Source: Escherichia coli O127:H6 str. E2348/69
GTDB taxonomy: Bacteria > Pseudomonadota > Gammaproteobacteria > Enterobacterales > Enterobacteriaceae
Reading direction: 5' to 3' (one strand)
Assembly (NCBI RefSeq): GCF_000026545.1
Contig: NC_011601.1
Length of the DNA stretch: 64,000 bases
Each line of letters opens with the position of its first letter. Position 1 is the stretch's first letter. Positions 49,421 through 58,693 of this stretch are shown piece after piece. The notes below the pieces were generated by a model. The model saw only the letters and a list, made by a program, of their open reading frames with translations. It did not search any database and was not told where the DNA came from. The position numbers were made by a program, and so were the translations under genes.

Positions 49421-51367
49421 ATGAATATTTTAGGTTTTTTCCAGCGACTCGGTAGGGCGTTACAGCTCCCTATCGCGGTGCTGCCGGTGGCGGCGCTGTT
49501 GCTGCGATTCGGTCAGCCAGATTTACTTAACGTTGCGTTTATTGCCCAGGCGGGCGGTGCGATTTTTGATAACCTCGCATTAATCTTCGCCATCGGCGTG
49601 GCATCCAGCTGGTCGAAAGACAGCGCAGGTGCGGCGGCACTGGCGGGTGCGGTAGGTTACTTTGTGTTAACCAAAGCGATGGTGACCATCAACCCAGAAA
49701 TTAACATGGGTGTACTGGCGGGTATCATTACCGGTCTGGTTGGTGGCGCAGCCTATAACCGTTGGTCCGATATTAAACTGCCGGACTTCCTGAGCTTCTT
49801 CGGCGGCAAACGCTTTGTGCCGATCGCCACCGGCTTCTTCTGTCTGGTGCTGGCGGCCATTTTTGGTTACGTCTGGCCACCGGTACAGCACGCTATCCAT
49901 GCAGGCGGCGAGTGGATCGTTTCTGCGGGCGCGCTGGGTTCCGGTATCTTTGGTTTCATCAACCGTCTGCTGATCCCAACCGGTCTGCATCAGGTGCTGA
50001 ACACCATCGCCTGGTTCCAGATTGGTGAATTCACCAACGCGGCGGGAACGGTTTTCCACGGTGATATCAACCGCTTCTATGCCGGTGACGGCACCGCGGG
50101 GATGTTCATGTCCGGCTTCTTCCCGATTATGATGTTCGGTCTGCCGGGTGCGGCGCTGGCGATGTACTTCGCAGCACCGAAAGAGCGTCGTCCGATGGTT
50201 GGCGGTATGCTGCTTTCTGTTGCTGTTACTGCGTTCCTGACCGGTGTGACTGAGCCGCTGGAATTCCTGTTCATGTTCCTTGCGCCGCTGCTGTACCTCC
50301 TGCACGCACTGCTGACCGGTATCAGCCTGTTTGTGGCAACGCTGCTGGGTATCCATGCCGGCTTCTCTTTCTCTGCGGGGGCTATCGACTACGCGTTGAT
50401 GTATAACCTGCCGGCCGCCAGCCAGAACGTCTGGATGCTGCTGGTGATGGGTGTTGTCTTCTTCGCTATCTACTTCGTGGTGTTCAGTTTGGTTATCCGC
50501 ATGTTCAACCTGAAAACGCCGGGTCGTGAAGATAAAGAAGACGAGATCGTTACTGAAGAGGCTAACAGCAATACTGAAGAAGGTCTCAATCAACTGGCAA
50601 CCAACTATATTGCTGCGGTTGGCGGTACTGACAACCTGAAAGCCATTGACGCCTGTATTACTCGTCTGCGCCTTACCGTGGTTGACTCAGCTCGCGTCAA
50701 CGATGCGATGTGTAAACGTCTGGGTGCTTCTGGGGTAGTGAAACTGAACAAACAGACTATTCAGGTGATTGTTGGCGCGAAAGCAGAATCCATCGGCGAT
50801 GCGATGAAGAAAGTCGTTGCCCGTGGTCCGGTAGCCGCTGCGTCAGCTGAAGCAACTCCGGCAACTGCCGCGCCTGTAGCAAAACCGCAGGCTGTACCAA
50901 ACGCGGTATCTATCGCGGAGCTGGTATCGCCGATTACCGGGGATGTTGTGGCACTGGATCAGGTTCCTGACGAGGCATTCGCCAGCAAAGCGGTGGGTGA
51001 CGGTGTGGCGGTGAAACCGACGGATAAAATCGTCGTATCACCAGCCGCAGGGACAATCGTGAAAATCTTCAACACCAACCACGCGTTCTGCCTGGAAACC
51101 GAAAAAGGCGCGGAGATCGTCGTCCATATGGGTATCGACACTGTAGCGCTGGAAGGTAAAGGCTTTAAACGTCTGGTGGAAGAGGGCGCGCAGGTAAGCG
51201 CAGGGCAACCGATTCTGGAAATGGATCTGGATTACCTGAACGCTAACGCCCGTTCGATGATTAGCCCGGTGGTTTGCAGCAATATCGACGATTTCAGTGG
51301 CTTGATCATTAAAGCTCAGGGCCATGTTGTGGCGGGTCAAACACCGCTGTATGAAATCAAAAAGTAA
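49421..51367 (+). CDS. nagE: PTS N-acetylglucosamine-specific EIICBA
   Basis: 648-aa ORF: EIIC membrane domain, EIIB cysteine motif (CITRLR), EIIA domain. Confidence 0.9.
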   Translation: MNILGFFQRLGRALQLPIAVLPVAALLLRFGQPDLLNVAFIAQAGGAIFDNLALIFAIGVASSWSKDSAGAAALAGAVGYFVLTKAMVTINPEINMGVLAGIITGLVGGAAYNRWSDIKLPDFLSFFGGKRFVPIATGFFCLVLAAIFGYVWPPVQHAIHAGGEWIVSAGALGSGIFGFINRLLIPTGLHQVLNTIAWFQIGEFTNAAGTVFHGDINRFYAGDGTAGMFMSGFFPIMMFGLPGAALAMYFAAPKERRPMVGGMLLSVAVTAFLTGVTEPLEFLFMFLAPLLYLLHALLTGISLFVATLLGIHAGFSFSAGAIDYALMYNLPAASQNVWMLLVMGVVFFAIYFVVFSLVIRMFNLKTPGREDKEDEIVTEEANSNTEEGLNQLATNYIAAVGGTDNLKAIDACITRLRLTVVDSARVNDAMCKRLGASGVVKLNKQTIQVIVGAKAESIGDAMKKVVARGPVAAASAEATPATAAPVAKPQAVPNAVSIAELVSPITGDVVALDQVPDEAFASKAVGDGVAVKPTDKIVVSPAAGTIVKIFNTNHAFCLETEKGAEIVVHMGIDTVALEGKGFKRLVEEGAQVSAGQPILEMDLDYLNANARSMISPVVCSNIDDFSGLIIKAQGHVVAGQTPLYEIKK

Positions 51368-51377
51368 TCTGCTTTAT

Positions 51378-51406
51378 GCCTGATGCGACGCGGCAGCGTC
51401 GCATCC
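51378..51406. repeat. REP-type palindrome downstream of nagE
   Basis: gcctgatgcgacgcggcagcgtcgcatcc; arms gatgcgacgc / gcgtcgcatc. Confidence 0.6.
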
Positions 51407-51417
51407 AACAATAAAAA

Positions 51418-51447
51418 GCGGCAGGGATATTCTCTGCCGCTTTTTTT
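51418..51447 (+). terminator. rho-independent terminator of nagE
   Basis: gcggcagggatattctctgccgc followed by ttttttt. Confidence 0.7.
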
Positions 51448-51455
51448 GTCTGAGA

Positions 51456-52736
51456 TTACATTGGGAAGATAAAAACAGCGCCTGCACAAAGCGCCAGAAT
51501 GCGGATGAGATACATTGGTACAGAGAACACCCAGAATTCGGGAAGTTTGTATTTCCCCATTCCGAGGATCATGGCTGGCATTCCGTCAATAGGCATATAG
51601 CCGCCGTTCCAGCCTGAAATCACCACCGCAATCGCTGCAGCGGTCGGGTTAAGCCCAAGGCTGGTACAGGCGGCAATGGCGATGGGGGCAAAAATATAAA
51701 CAGACCCCATATTCGAACCCGTGAAGGTGGCGCAGGTACTGGTAAGCAAAGCAAAGGCGACAATAAATACAAATGGTGAGACGCCAGAACCGAGCACACC
51801 TGCAACGGCATCGCCAACCATCGCCGTAAAGCCGGTGCCCGCCAGTGCATCAGCTACACCGATCACCCCCGCCATCATTAAAATGACCGGCGCTCCCATA
51901 TGATCGCGAACTTCTTTAAAGTCCAGTACATCGATCATCAGAACAAACGCACCCGCAAGACCCGGAATAACGAAGGCGATATTTCCCAGAATGTTCATTA
52001 GCATCATGCCGATAACGCTGACAGCGAATGCGGCAATAGTGCAATATTCTTTCCAGGCAGGAAGGGCGTTAAACGTTTCCTCGCGTGCCGCCAGCGCATC
52101 CTCGGAAGCATCCGCAATGGGATGATCCGGAAGAAAACGGTAGGCAATAAGACTCCATGCGAGGAACGCCGCTGACATGATGAGATTCACCAGCGCAAAG
52201 CGCCCCATCGAAATCTCCTGATGAAAACCCGCGGTTTCGAGTACGGTCGCCGTAACGCCAAAGAGAAGCGCGAGATTGATAGGAAGAAGCGGGTGGTTGG
52301 TGGCAAATCCCAGGGGCATCATTAATTTCGATGTTGGTAGCTTTTTACTGTACGGAATGGTGGATACCAGCGACAGAATCAGCACGTAATAACCGGTCGC
52401 GCCGGTGCCTGCAAGACTGGCACCCAGCATAACAATGACTAACAACAGCCCGTAGCTGCGGTAACTGCCTTTATTGACCAGGCTTATCATCGCAGATTTA
52501 ACGTTGCTGATAAGCCGGGTTTTTTGTAGCGCTGCCATGACCACCATAAACCCTGCAATCATCACCACGCTTGGATTGACGAATCCGGCAAAAGCCTGTT
52601 GAACGGTCGAAAGTCCCGAGACAACCAGCAATAAACACGCAAGCAGTGGCGGTGCGCCAAATGGCATTTTGTCCGACATGATCAGCACGATCATCAGGAC
52701 CAGTATTCCTAATGCCAGGATCATTTCCATTGTCAT
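51456..52736 (-). CDS. ion-transporter-superfamily anion permease (putative organic/sugar-acid transporter)
   Basis: ORF-track frame 51456..52982 trimmed to ATG at 52736 (MTMEMILALG...) with RBS aggagaga; ~427-aa polytopic membrane protein; last gene of leftward island operon. Confidence 0.7.
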   Translation of the reverse strand: MTMEMILALGILVLMIVLIMSDKMPFGAPPLLACLLLVVSGLSTVQQAFAGFVNPSVVMIAGFMVVMAALQKTRLISNVKSAMISLVNKGSYRSYGLLLVIVMLGASLAGTGATGYYVLILSLVSTIPYSKKLPTSKLMMPLGFATNHPLLPINLALLFGVTATVLETAGFHQEISMGRFALVNLIMSAAFLAWSLIAYRFLPDHPIADASEDALAAREETFNALPAWKEYCTIAAFAVSVIGMMLMNILGNIAFVIPGLAGAFVLMIDVLDFKEVRDHMGAPVILMMAGVIGVADALAGTGFTAMVGDAVAGVLGSGVSPFVFIVAFALLTSTCATFTGSNMGSVYIFAPIAIAACTSLGLNPTAAAIAVVISGWNGGYMPIDGMPAMILGMGKYKLPEFWVFSVPMYLIRILALCAGAVFIFPM

Positions 52737-52749
52737 TTTTTCTCTCCTT

Positions 52750-53220
52750 TTAGGCTTCCAGCATGTCGCGCGGTACCTTAAAGACCGCTTTGCGTACTGA
52801 CGTAGCCGCGCCAATCGCGCACAGCGCCTGGTGAGGTTCCTCAGGCATAAAGACGGCGAAATCACCGGGGTGTAGAGTGATGGCGACACTGTTTTCAGGG
52901 GATGGGGCGATAAACAGATCGGGCTTACGTTCTTCATCGTTTTCGCGAGCGATGGGCCGCGTTCCCGCATTAATGCCCTCACAACCAGTAATCACCACCT
53001 GGATATCGGCCCACAGATGGTGATACTCCGTATGGCGGAGTTCGGCGGGTTGCGTGTCTGAAGTTCCCAGCGTGCAGAACCACCGACATCCTTCAGGTTG
53101 CCAGCGACCGTCCTCTCTGGCGGATAACGCCGATAACGAACACTCCGGGCACAGCAGAATATTTCTCACCCAGGCGGGAAGCCCCGCCAGCGACAAATGG
53201 TTGAGATTACCGATAATCAT
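52750..53220 (-). CDS. YhcH/YjgK/YiaL-family protein (NanQ-like)
   Basis: 156-aa ORF with PGDFAVFMPEEPH motif resembling E. coli YhcH; ATGA overlap with upstream gene. Confidence 0.75.
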   Translation of the reverse strand: MIIGNLNHLSLAGLPAWVRNILLCPECSLSALSAREDGRWQPEGCRWFCTLGTSDTQPAELRHTEYHHLWADIQVVITGCEGINAGTRPIARENDEERKPDLFIAPSPENSVAITLHPGDFAVFMPEEPHQALCAIGAATSVRKAVFKVPRDMLEA

Positions 53221-54386
53221 GATGCCTGCCCCTTAACCCACTCGGGGGAGATGCGCACGTACTTGATGGCCTGACGCCACCAGGTGTAAGCGATATGTAG
53301 CGTACCGTCCGGGCTTTGTTTGATGCTGGGGTAGGAGAACTCACGATTTAGCTTTTCCAGGGAATTGTTGGTCATGCAGTTGCCGTCGCCTTCATCGAGA
53401 TTGCGCCGCCACGGCCAGCTTTTCCCACCATCGGCAGAAATCGCTACCGTCATCGGCGCGCGTGGGGCCCCCCAGAAAGCGGAGCGTCCGACGGCTGTCG
53501 GTTCTTTGCGGCTGTCGTCGCCATCGTCGATTTCGTCATAAAGCGACGCGCGACGTTCTACTGCGCCTGCCGCACTCATCGCGTTGTACACCAGCGCCAG
53601 TTCGCCGCTGGCAAGCGTCGTTACCTGAATAGACGAATTGTTGTTGGGCAATTCGGTAGCTTGCGGCACCGACCAACTCTCGCCGTTGTCCACTGAATGG
53701 CTGATATAGATGTTGTCTGCCCAACGGCTGCGAAAGAGAGCAACCAACGTACCGTCGTGCAGCATTGTGATATTCATATGAACGCAGCCGAGACTTTGCG
53801 GCACCTCGACATCGCGCCATGAGTGACCACCGTCAGCGGAAATTTTCACTGCGCTGATATCATCATTGCCGACCCATTTTTCGCCGGGTTGGGTACGGCA
53901 ATAAAAGACGGGAAGCAGCCAGTTACCGTTATCAAGCACCGTGATCGGCTGGCGAATGAACGTGCCGGGTTTATCGAGCAGGGTGGCAATCTCGCCCCAG
54001 GTTTGCCCAAGGTCGTCAGACTTACGGTAGCGGACGATGGCCGTGTCCTGATTACCGGATATTTGTGCGGTCCATAGCAGCCACAGCACGTTATCCGGCG
54101 CGAGAAACAGCACCGGGTTTTGCTCTGAACGCGTGTCATCGTGGGAAAGTTTGACCGCATCGCTCCACTGCGTTCTGCCAGCGGGCAATCGTGATCCCCA
54201 GACAGAAATATCGGCAATACCTTCCTGTGTTCCCGCAAACCAGACGCACATTAATGCGCCATCCGGCATTGGCAGAATATTCGCCGCGTGGTTTTGCGGG
54301 CAGGACGAGGGCAGCATGGCGGTAAGCACATGCGAATCGTTTTCGGATGGACGGATGACGCCGTCACGAATAAGGGCTACAGACAT
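53217..54386 (-). CDS. BNR/Asp-box repeat protein, sialidase-fold, no signal peptide
   Basis: 389-aa ORF with four Asp-boxes (SDDLGQTW, SADGGHSW, SVDNGESW, SADGGKSW); N-terminus lacks hydrophobic signal; RBS ggag upstream. Confidence 0.75.
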   Translation of the reverse strand: MSVALIRDGVIRPSENDSHVLTAMLPSSCPQNHAANILPMPDGALMCVWFAGTQEGIADISVWGSRLPAGRTQWSDAVKLSHDDTRSEQNPVLFLAPDNVLWLLWTAQISGNQDTAIVRYRKSDDLGQTWGEIATLLDKPGTFIRQPITVLDNGNWLLPVFYCRTQPGEKWVGNDDISAVKISADGGHSWRDVEVPQSLGCVHMNITMLHDGTLVALFRSRWADNIYISHSVDNGESWSVPQATELPNNNSSIQVTTLASGELALVYNAMSAAGAVERRASLYDEIDDGDDSRKEPTAVGRSAFWGAPRAPMTVAISADGGKSWPWRRNLDEGDGNCMTNNSLEKLNREFSYPSIKQSPDGTLHIAYTWWRQAIKYVRISPEWVKGQAS

Positions 54387-54421
54387 AGTTAGACTCCATC
54401 TTAAAGTTGGTAATAGATTTA

Positions 54422-55180
54422 TTAATGCGAGTGCGATTCATGCGTTTCGATCAATGTCGAAACTTTTTTATTTCTTCTTTCACGGATAATATTGAGTGTC
54501 TCAACACTTAATGAGAAAAATATCGCGAAGTAGAGATACTCTTTGGCAATATGAATGTTGAGACTATCGGCAACCAGCAATACACCGACAAACAATAAAA
54601 AGGTTAACGCCAGTATTTTTATTGACGGCGTGGCGTTAACGAAATCACCAATTGTTTTCGCCGCAAACATCATGACACCGACGGCAATCATTACGGCGGC
54701 AATCATGATAAATATATGCTGAGAAAGGCCGACGGCGGTGATCACCGAATCCAGGCTAAACACGATATCGAGCAGCATTATCTGTACAATGGCACCGCAC
54801 AACGACAGTTGCCGCGATCCGCTGCCATGTTCGTCTTCCTGCGCGGGCGACAGCTCTTCGCGTATCTCCTGTATCGCTTTATAAATCAGGAACAGCCCGC
54901 CCCCGAGCAGAATCAACGTGCGGAACGAAATCTCCAGCGTCAGCACGGTAAAAAGCGGCTGGGTAATATGTGAAAGCCACGCAATGGATATCAGCAATAA
55001 TATCCGCATAATCATCGCGCAGCTTAAACCCAGTTTACGCGCCATATTTTGTTGTGATAACGGAAGTTTTGCCACCACCAGTGAAAGAAAAATAATATTA
55101 TCCACCCCAAGAATAATTTCCAGAAAGGTGAGGGTAATTAAAGTGAGCCAGATATCTGGCTGCATAAACCACAAAAACAT
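54422..55180 (-). CDS. TerC-family integral membrane protein
   Basis: 252-aa polytopic ORF (…TFLEIILGVDNIIFLSLV…); visibly more AT-rich than flanking island genes. Confidence 0.7.
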   Translation of the reverse strand: MFLWFMQPDIWLTLITLTFLEIILGVDNIIFLSLVVAKLPLSQQNMARKLGLSCAMIMRILLLISIAWLSHITQPLFTVLTLEISFRTLILLGGGLFLIYKAIQEIREELSPAQEDEHGSGSRQLSLCGAIVQIMLLDIVFSLDSVITAVGLSQHIFIMIAAVMIAVGVMMFAAKTIGDFVNATPSIKILALTFLLFVGVLLVADSLNIHIAKEYLYFAIFFSLSVETLNIIRERRNKKVSTLIETHESHSH

Positions 55181-55239
55181 GGGGTAATCCTTTATTCTCT
55201 TTATCTAAACTTTATAGCGGGCTGGATAATAGAGTTAAT

Positions 55240-56127
55240 TTAATTAATGTTATAATGACGAATAATTTGTTGAATCTCGCTGATCTGTTCAGGCGTGAAA
55301 TTAACCGCGTAGCGGCTATCACCAACATCATGCCCCATAAGCTGCAACGCTTTTTTCACCGCAGCCGGGGAGAATGCTACTTTATAAAGATCGGTACGCA
55401 GGCCCGTTACACTCTCCTGTGCTTCATAAGACCCTTCAATATCACCGGCATGGAAGCGAGACCAGATGGCATTGATTTCTCGCGGCGCGATGTTGGCGAG
55501 CCCAGAGATACAGGCTGAACATCCCTCGACAAACCCTTTATGGATCAGCGAATCCGGGCCGTTGAGCACATTAAAGCCGTCAATGTCGCGCACCGCATCG
55601 AGAAAACCCTTCAGGCTTTCGTCGCTTCCGGCGCTGTCTTTAATCCCAATGATATTGGGGTGCGACGCCAGAGCACGCGCGGTTTCTGGCTGGATCGTAT
55701 TGCCAGTGCGGGCCGGGATGTTATAGAGAAACATCGGAATGCTCAGTGCGTCGGCAATTGCGCTGTAATGCGCAATCAACTCTTCCTGTTTCAGCGGTAC
55801 GAAGTAAGGGGCAATGACCGACACGGCATCTACGCCAAGTTTTTCAATCTGCTGACCCAGACGAATCGTTTCGCGCGTAGAGATCTCGCCAATGTGTGCC
55901 ACGACCGGCGCACGACCAGCCACTTCATCCACGCAGGTTTGCGTAACGCTGAGCTTCTCCTGTTCATTCAACACAAAAAATTCGCCGTTGGTGCCGCCGC
56001 AAAAAATCGCGTTACCCGCTTCCAGTTGACGATTCACCTGCACTTTTAACGCCGGGATATTCAGACTGCCGGTCGCGGTAAACGGGGTGACGATAGCGGT
56101 TAATACACCTTCAATGGTTTTCGGCAT
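55240..56127 (-). CDS. DapA/NanA-family class I aldolase
   Basis: 295-aa ORF with GTNGEF and Schiff-base lysine context IGIKDS. Confidence 0.8.
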   Translation of the reverse strand: MPKTIEGVLTAIVTPFTATGSLNIPALKVQVNRQLEAGNAIFCGGTNGEFFVLNEQEKLSVTQTCVDEVAGRAPVVAHIGEISTRETIRLGQQIEKLGVDAVSVIAPYFVPLKQEELIAHYSAIADALSIPMFLYNIPARTGNTIQPETARALASHPNIIGIKDSAGSDESLKGFLDAVRDIDGFNVLNGPDSLIHKGFVEGCSACISGLANIAPREINAIWSRFHAGDIEGSYEAQESVTGLRTDLYKVAFSPAAVKKALQLMGHDVGDSRYAVNFTPEQISEIQQIIRHYNIN

Positions 56128-56130
56128 GAT

Positions 56131-57288
56131 TTATTCCTTAAATTGATGTTGCGGAAACAGTGTTTGGTAAATGGCCTGTACGTCCTGTAGATCAAGCTGG
56201 CACGGCACATTGTTCATAAGGCGCTTCACGTTCAGTGCCGCCTCGCTAAGAGAGGCAATATCCTCTGGCGGTACGCCGAGATCTGCGAGATTGTTGGGTA
56301 GCTTGAGTTGATTGACTAATGCCTGTAACCAGGTCACCAGGGCATGAGATTTTTCTTCCGCGCTCAGGGCGGTTTCCGCATCGGGAATGCAATCCCAGAC
56401 CCGGGCAAATTTCTCGACCGCCCAGGGGCGAACAAACGCCATGCACGGCGCCAGCAAGATGGCATTCGCGACGCCATGCGGCAGATGATATTTGCCACCT
56501 AACGGGTAGGAGAGCGCATGAACGAGATGCGTGCCCGCATGGGTTATCGCTACGCCGCCATAGTAAGACGCCCACAGCATTTCCAGTTTTGCGCGCAGAT
56601 CCTGAGGATCGTTCACGGCGGGTTGAATGTGCCGGAAAAGTTTACTTAACCCAGTCAGCGCCGCGTTATCGCTGACCGGATTTGCCACGGTCGCGGTAAA
56701 ACACTCCAGTAAGTGGCAAAGAGCATCAATGCCCGTGGACGCCGCAATATGCGCAGGCATGCTGGTGGTCAGTTCCGGGAAAAGCGCCACATAGTCTGGT
56801 AACAGCATCTGGGAAATAATACCCACCTTCGTGCTTTGCTCAGGGATTGCCAGAATCGCATTCGGCGTGGCTTCTGAGCCGGTTCCGGCGGTTGTAGGAA
56901 TCAACCATGATTGCACCCGCTGAGTTGGTTTTTCACCCGCAAGCAGCGCATCCAGCCCCGGAGATTGTGGATGGCAAAGCACCGATAGCAGCTTTGCCAC
57001 ATCCAACACGCTGCCACCGCCGATCCCGACCACCACATCAAAAGAGGCATCGCCAAGGACATCCATTAGCTGGCGCACATCATGATGCGTGGGCTCTGCG
57101 GGCACATTATCGATAACGTTAACCTGCGGGCAGTGCTGTTCCAGTAAGGCGCGAATCTGCTGCACACCGTCGAGCTGCGCAATATTACGGTCAGTGACCA
57201 GCAGCATTTTTCTGATGTCGGGTAAGAGCGACGTCAGGGAAGGGATAGCGCCTGCGCCGCTCAGTATCGTGCTATTGATAATTACCAC
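56131..57288 (-). CDS. iron-containing alcohol dehydrogenase family oxidoreductase
   Basis: 385-aa ORF, GTG start with RBS gagagg; GGGS motif (GIGGGSVLDVAK) and His-rich metal site (THAGTHLVHALSYPLGGKYHLPHG). Confidence 0.8.
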   Translation of the reverse strand: MVIINSTILSGAGAIPSLTSLLPDIRKMLLVTDRNIAQLDGVQQIRALLEQHCPQVNVIDNVPAEPTHHDVRQLMDVLGDASFDVVVGIGGGSVLDVAKLLSVLCHPQSPGLDALLAGEKPTQRVQSWLIPTTAGTGSEATPNAILAIPEQSTKVGIISQMLLPDYVALFPELTTSMPAHIAASTGIDALCHLLECFTATVANPVSDNAALTGLSKLFRHIQPAVNDPQDLRAKLEMLWASYYGGVAITHAGTHLVHALSYPLGGKYHLPHGVANAILLAPCMAFVRPWAVEKFARVWDCIPDAETALSAEEKSHALVTWLQALVNQLKLPNNLADLGVPPEDIASLSEAALNVKRLMNNVPCQLDLQDVQAIYQTLFPQHQFKE

Positions 57289-57457
57289 AAATAACCTCTC
57301 TTCTGGTGATTGAATTCAATCATTCAAAATGCCGTAGCCTACGTAACATGGTCTAATTTTATAATTTATTCGAGTGATTAATAACTTGAGCTTGCTCACA
57401 TTTAATCAATTGTGATTGAATATAATCATTATTATCATAAAACAACCTGGAGTGATG
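57289..57457. promoter_or_regulatory. divergent promoter/operator region of the island with two 16-bp palindromic sites
   Basis: perfect palindrome tgattgaattcaatca (57306..57321) and 14/16-identical tgattgaatataatca (57413..57428), each just upstream of one operon's first gene. Confidence 0.55.
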
Positions 57458-58693
57458 ATGGAAAAGGGAATCACTAAGCCGAGCATTCTCGTCGTTGCCG
57501 ATGATTTCACGGGAGCCAACGACGCGGGGGTAAGCCTGGCGCAGGTGGGGCATACAGTTGATGTGGCCTTTGAAATGCCTTATCACGGTGATGCCAGCGT
57601 ATGGGTGATTAACAGCGACAGCCGGGCGATGGATCCTAAGCTGGCGGCGATGAAAATAACCTCGCTGATGAGTCATCTCCCTCTGGCGAATAACCCGCCG
57701 CTCGTGATTAAAAAGATAGATTCCACGCTTCGAGGCAATATCGGCGCAGAAATTGAAGCCCTGATGAAGGCATGCGGTATAACGGGCGCAGTGATTGCCC
57801 CCGCATTTCCTCAGGCGGGAAGGACCACAGTGGCCGGTGAGTGTTGGGTAAACGGTGTGCGGATAACGGAAACCGAGTTTGCCAGCGATCCGAAAACCCC
57901 GGTATTGAGCGCCCGAATTGCGGACATCATCCGGTTGCAGACGGCCATTCCATGCCAGCCCGTTACGGTTTCTCAGCTCAGCCATTTGTCTTATGAGCAA
58001 CCGTGGATTGGCGTGATAGATGCGCAGACGGACAGCGACCTGGATCGCATCGCTGCCGCTGTGATGCAGGCTAAACAACCGCTACTGCTGGTCGGCTCCG
58101 CTGGTATTTGTGATGCCGTTGCCCGGCGCTCCGCGATTATGCCGCCACCCACCGTGCTGGCCATTATTGGTTCAATGAGCGAAATCGCTCAACGGCAGAT
58201 CGCCACACTGCATTCACACCCACGTATCACACAGATATACGTCGATGTTGAACACATTCTGGCAGGCAATGCCAGTGACTATGACGCGCGTATTGTGCAG
58301 GCCTTGCAGAAAGGCGACCACTGCATTGTCCACACCTGTAACGATTCTGTAGCAAGGCATCAGATCGACACCCTTTGCCAGCGTTGGCAGATGAGTCGCG
58401 CTGCACTTGGGGAAAAAATTTGTCGGTTTCTTGGCGAACTTACCCGGCAAGTTCTGCTTCGCACAATGCCCGATGCGCTTTATCTCTCTGGTGGCGATGT
58501 CGCAATGGCAACAGCCAGTGCGTTAGGCGCGACCGGGTTTCGTATTACGGGGAAGGTGGCGCAATGCGTTCCATATGGTCACTTTCTGGGCGGCGTCTGG
58601 TCCCGTTCGGTGATGACGAAAGCCGGTGGGTTTGGCGATGAGACCACGTTGCATCAGGTTCTGAATTTTATCGAGGAGAAGCGTAGTGAATAA
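57458..58693 (+). CDS. four-carbon acid-sugar kinase family protein (YgbK/OtnK-like)
   Basis: ORF-track frame from 57416; ATG at 57458 with GGAG 5 nt upstream; ILVVADDFTGANDAG and KKIDSTLRGNIGAE motifs. Confidence 0.8.
   Translation: MEKGITKPSILVVADDFTGANDAGVSLAQVGHTVDVAFEMPYHGDASVWVINSDSRAMDPKLAAMKITSLMSHLPLANNPPLVIKKIDSTLRGNIGAEIEALMKACGITGAVIAPAFPQAGRTTVAGECWVNGVRITETEFASDPKTPVLSARIADIIRLQTAIPCQPVTVSQLSHLSYEQPWIGVIDAQTDSDLDRIAAAVMQAKQPLLLVGSAGICDAVARRSAIMPPPTVLAIIGSMSEIAQRQIATLHSHPRITQIYVDVEHILAGNASDYDARIVQALQKGDHCIVHTCNDSVARHQIDTLCQRWQMSRAALGEKICRFLGELTRQVLLRTMPDALYLSGGDVAMATASALGATGFRITGKVAQCVPYGHFLGGVWSRSVMTKAGGFGDETTLHQVLNFIEEKRSE

Noticed and set aside
51456-52982. 508-aa form of the island permease with an 82-residue Arg/Pro-rich N-terminal extension
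   Set aside because: The extension overlaps the upstream YhcH-like gene and lacks membrane character; the internal ATG at 52736 has a strong RBS
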